Of a stretch of DNA of 36,847 nucleotides, positions 32,601 to 36,847 are shown piece by piece. The DNA comes from Nemertoderma westbladi (taxonomy: Eukaryota; Animalia; Xenacoelomorpha). How positions within the stretch are numbered: the stretch's first letter is position 1; each line of letters starts with the position of its first letter. The position numbers and the translations under genes were made by a program. The stretch lies in NCBI GenBank assembly GCA_032718475.1, contig JAUCBJ010008690.1, positions 1 to 36,847 on the forward strand. The letters are read 5' to 3'. Under the pieces are notes generated by a model that was not told the origin of the DNA, did not search any database, and was given only the letters and a program-made list of their open reading frames with translations.

Positions 32601-35600
32601 AGGCGAGACATGAAGTATGACAGTGGGGTGAGTCACGAAGTATGAGAGTGGGGCGAGTCACGAAGTATGAGAGTGAGGCGAGTCACGAAGTATGAGAGTG
32701 AGGCGAGTCACGAAGTATGAGGAGGCGAGTCACGAAGTATGAGGAGGCGAGTCACGAAGTAGTAGAGTGAGGCGAATCACGAAGTATGACAGTGAGGCGA
32801 GTCATGAAGTATGAGGAGGCGAATCACGAAGTATGAGAGTGAGGCGAGTCACGAAGTATGAGAGTGAGGCGAGTCACGAAGTATGAGAGTGAGGCGAGTC
32901 ACGAAGTAGTAGAGTGAGGCGAATCACGAAGTATGAGAGTGAGGCGAGTCACGAAGTATGAGGAGGCGAATCACGAAGTATGAGAGTGAGGCGAGTCACG
33001 AAGTATGAGAGTGAGGCGAGTCACGAAGTAGTAGAGTGAGGCGAGTCACGAAGTATGAGAGTGAGGCGAGTCACGAAGTATGAGAGTGAGGCGAGTCACG
33101 AAGTATGACAGTGAGGCGAGTCACGAAGTATGAGGAGGCGAATCACGAAGTATGAGAGTGAGGCGAGTCACGAAGTATGAGAGTGAGGCGAGTCACGAAG
33201 TAGTAGAGTGAGGCGAGTCACGAAGTATGAGAGTGAGGCGAGACATGAAGTATGAGAGTGAGGCGAGTCACGAAGTGGTAGAGTGAGGCGAGTCACAAAG
33301 TATGAGAGTGAGGCGAGTCACGAAGTATGAGAGTGAGGCGAGTCACGAAGTAGTAGAGTGAGGCGAGTCACGAAGTATGAGAGTGAGGCGAGACATGAAG
33401 TATGAGAGTGAGGCGAGTCACGAAGTAGTAGAGTGAGGCGAGTCACGAAGTATGAGAGTGAGGCGAGACATGAAGTATGACAGTGAGGCGAGTCACGAAG
33501 TATGAGAGTGAGGCGAGTCACGAAGTATGAGAGTGAGGCGAGTCACGAAGTATGAGAGTGAGGCGAGTCACGAAGTATGACAGTGGGGTGAGTCACGAAG
33601 TATGACAGTGAGGCGAGTCACGAAGTATGAGGAGGCGAATCACGAAGTATGAGAGTGAGGCGAGTCACGAAGTATGAGAGTGAGGCAAGTCACGAAGTAT
33701 GATAGTGAGGCGAGTCATGAAGTATGACAGTGAGGCGAGTCACGAAGTAGTAGAGTGAGGCGAGTCACGAAGTATGAGAGTGAGGCGAGACATGAAGTAT
33801 GACAGTGAGGCGAGTCACGAAGTATGACAGTGGGGTGAGTCACTAAGTATGAGAGTGGGGTGAGTCACGAAGTATGAGAGTGAGGCGAGTCACGAAGTAT
33901 GAGAGTGAGGCGAGTCACAAAGTATGACAGTGAGGCGAGTCACGAAGTATGAGAGTGAGGCCAGTCACGAAGTATGAGAGTGAGGCGAGTCACGAAGTAT
34001 GAGAGTGAGGCGAGACATGAAGTATGACAGTGGGGTGAGTCACGAAGTATGAGAGTGAGGCGAGTCACGAAGTATGACAGTGAGGCGAATCACGAAGTAT
34101 GAGAGTGGGGTGAGTCACGAAGTATGAGAGTGAGGCGAGACATGAAGTATGACAGTGAGGCGAGTCACGAAGTAGTAGAGTGAGGCGAGTCACGAAGTAT
34201 GAGAGTGAGGCGAGTCACGAAGTATGAGAGTGAGGCGAGTCACGAAGTATGAGAGTGAGGCGAGTCACGAAGTAGTAGAGTGAGGCGAATCACGAAGTAT
34301 GAGAGTGGGGTGAGTCATGAAGTATGAGAGTGAGGCGAGACATGAAGTATGACAGTGAGGCGAGTCACGAAGTAGTAGAGTGAGGCGAGTCACGAAGTAT
34401 GAGAGTGAGGCGAGTCACGAAGTATGACAGTGAGGCGAGTCACGAAGTATGAGAGTGAGGCCAGTCACGAAGTATGAGAGTGAGGCGAGTCACGGAGTAT
34501 GAGAGTGAGGCGAGTCACGGAGTATGAGAGTGAGGCGAGTCACAAAGTATGAGAGTGAGGCGAGTCACGAAGTATGAGAGTGAGGCGAGTCACGAAGTAT
34601 GAGAGTGAGGCGAGACATGAAGTATGACAGTGGGGTGAGTCACGAAGTATGAGAGTGAGGCGAGTCACGAAGTATGACAGTGAGGCGAATCACAAAGTAT
34701 GAGAGTGGGGTGAGTCACGAAGTATGAGAGTGAGGCGAGACATGAAGTATGACAGTGAGGCGAGTCACGAAGTAGTAGAGTGAGGCGAGTCACGAAGTAT
34801 GAGAGTGAGGCGAGTCACGAAGTATGAGAGTGAGGCGAGTCACAAAGTATGACAGTGAGGCGAGTCACGAAGTATGAGAGTGAGGCCAGTCACGAAGTAT
34901 GAGAGTGAGGCGAGTCACGAAGTATGAGAGTGAGGCGAGACATGAAGTATGACAGTGGGGTGAGTCACGAAGTATGAGAGTGAGGCGAGTCACGAAGTAT
35001 GACAGTGAGGCGAATCACGAAGTATGAGAGTGGGGTGAGTCACGAAGTATGAGAGTGAGGCGAGACATGAAGTATGACAGTGAGGCGAGTCACGAAGTAG
35101 TAGAGTGAGGCGAGTCACGAAGTATGAGAGTGAGGCGAGTCACGAAGTATGAGAGTGAGGCGAGTCACGAAGTATGAGAGTGAGGCGAGTCACGAAGTAG
35201 TAGAGTGAGGCGAATCACGAAGTATGAGAGTGGGGTGAGTCATGAAGTATGAGAGTGAGGCGAGACATGAAGTATGACAGTGAGGCGAGTCACGAAGTAG
35301 TAGAGTGAGGCGAGTCACGAAGTATGAGAGTGAGGCGAGTCACGAAGTATGACAGTGAGGCGAGTCACGAAGTATGAGAGTGAGGCCAGTCACGAAGTAT
35401 GAGAGTGAGGCGAGTCACGGAGTATGAGAGTGAGGCGAGTCACAAAGTATGAGAGTGAGGCGAGTCACGAAGTATGAGAGTGAGGCGAGTCACGAAGTAT
35501 GAGAGTGAGGCGAGACATGAAGTATGACAGTGAGGCGAGTCACGAAGTATGAGAGTGAGGCCAGTCACGAAGTATGAGAGTGAGGCGAGTCACGGAGTAT

Positions 35601-36847
35601 GAGAGTGAGGCGAGTCACAAAGTATGAGAGTGAGGCGAGTCACGAAGTATGAGAGTGAGGCGAGTCACGAAGTATGAGAGTGAGGCGAGACATGAAGTAT
35701 GACAGTGGGGTGAGTCACGAAGTATGAGAGTGAGGCGAGTCACGAAGTATGACAGTGAGGCGAATCACAAAGTATGAGAGTGGGGTGAGTCACGAAGTAT
35801 GAGAGTGAGGCGAGACATGAAGTATGACAGTGAGGCGAGTCACGAAGTAGTAGAGTGAGGCGAGTCACGAAGTATGAGAGTGAGGCGAGTCACGAAGTAT
35901 GAGAGTGAGGCGAGTCACAAAGTATGACAGTGAGGCGAGTCACGAAGTATGAGAGTGAGGCCAGTCACGAAGTATGAGAGTGAGGCGAGTCACGAAGTAT
36001 GAGAGTGAGGCGAGACATGAAGTATGACAGTGGGGTGAGTCACGAAGTATGAGAGTGAGGCGAGTCACGAAGTATGACAGTGAGGCGAATCACGAAGTAT
36101 GAGAGTGGGGTGAGTCACGAAGTATGAGAGTGAGGCGAGACATGAAGTATGACAGTGAGGCGAGTCACGAAGTAGTAGAGTGAGGCGAGTCACGAAGTAT
36201 GAGAGTGAGGCGAGTCACGAAGTATGAGAGTGAGGCGAGTCACGAAGTAGTAGAGTGAGGCGAATCACGAAGTATGAGAGTGGGGTGAGTCATGAAGTAT
36301 GAGAGTGAGGCGAGACATGAAGTATGACAGTGAGGCGAGTCACGAAGTAGTAGAGTGAGGCGAGTCACGAAGTATGAGAGTGAGGCGAGTCACGAAGTAT
36401 GACAGTGAGGCGAGTCACGAAGTATGAGAGTGAGGCCAGTCACGAAGTATGAGAGTGAGGCGAGTCACGGAGTATGAGAGTGAGGCGAGTCACAAAGTAT
36501 GAGAGTGAGGCGAGTCACGAAGTATGAGAGTGAGGCGAGTCACGAAGTATGAGAGTGAGGCGAGACATGAAGTATGACAGTGGGGTGAGTCACGAAGTAT
36601 GAGAGTGAGGCGAGTCACGAAGTATGACAGTGAGGCGAATCACAAAGTATGAGAGTGGGGTGAGTCACGAAGTATGAGAGTGAGGCGAGACATGAAGTAT
36701 GACAGTGAGGCGAGTCACGAAGTAGTAGAGTGAGGCGAGTCACGAAGTATGAGAGTGAGGCGAGTCACGAAGTATGAGAGTGAGGCGAGTCACAAAGTAT
36801 GACAGTGAGGCGAGTCACGAAGTATGAGAGTGAGGCCAGTCACGAAG
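26687..36847 (+). repeat. 25-bp satellite array, right segment (runs off window)
   Basis: About 400 tandem units of the same 25-mer, with higher-order periodicities of ~0.9-1.05 kb and ~5.8 kb. Confidence 0.97.

Noticed and set aside
27509-33521. Five 66-67 aa minus-strand ORFs (TRLTLILRDSPH...)
   Set aside because: They are translations of the satellite.
23080-36847. CRISPR-like array
   Set aside because: The units are head-to-tail with no unique spacers, there are no cas genes, and the context is eukaryotic.

Overview
Eukaryotic (most likely invertebrate animal) genomic DNA that is very rich in transposable elements and tandem repeats. From left to right: (1) an apparently intact CR1-clade LINE (PHD-finger ORF1 running off the left edge, APE+RT ORF2); (2) a mutated hAT-superfamily (hATm-like) DDE transposase gene carrying two tandem ING-type PHD fingers in frame inside its catalytic region, the second finger split by a 168-nt GT-AG intron, with a CCCAG-ended MITE inserted downstream; (3) the first two coding exons of a host nicalin (NCLN) gene; (4) presumed intronic sequence holding RTE-clade LINE fragments, a Helentron/DINE-like element with CTCF-like motifs, a 39/40-bp G-rich minisatellite and a ~2-kb internally duplicated element; (5) a 25-bp satellite array of more than 12 kb with higher-order structure, interrupted by a 5'-truncated L2/Crack-like LINE whose empty site survives in a duplicated block. 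The most notable feature is the double-PHD hAT-like transposase, a candidate H3K4me3-reading transposase, whose putative right end lies ~310 bp upstream of a housekeeping gene start codon. All family assignments come from motif recognition by eye; no database searches were run.
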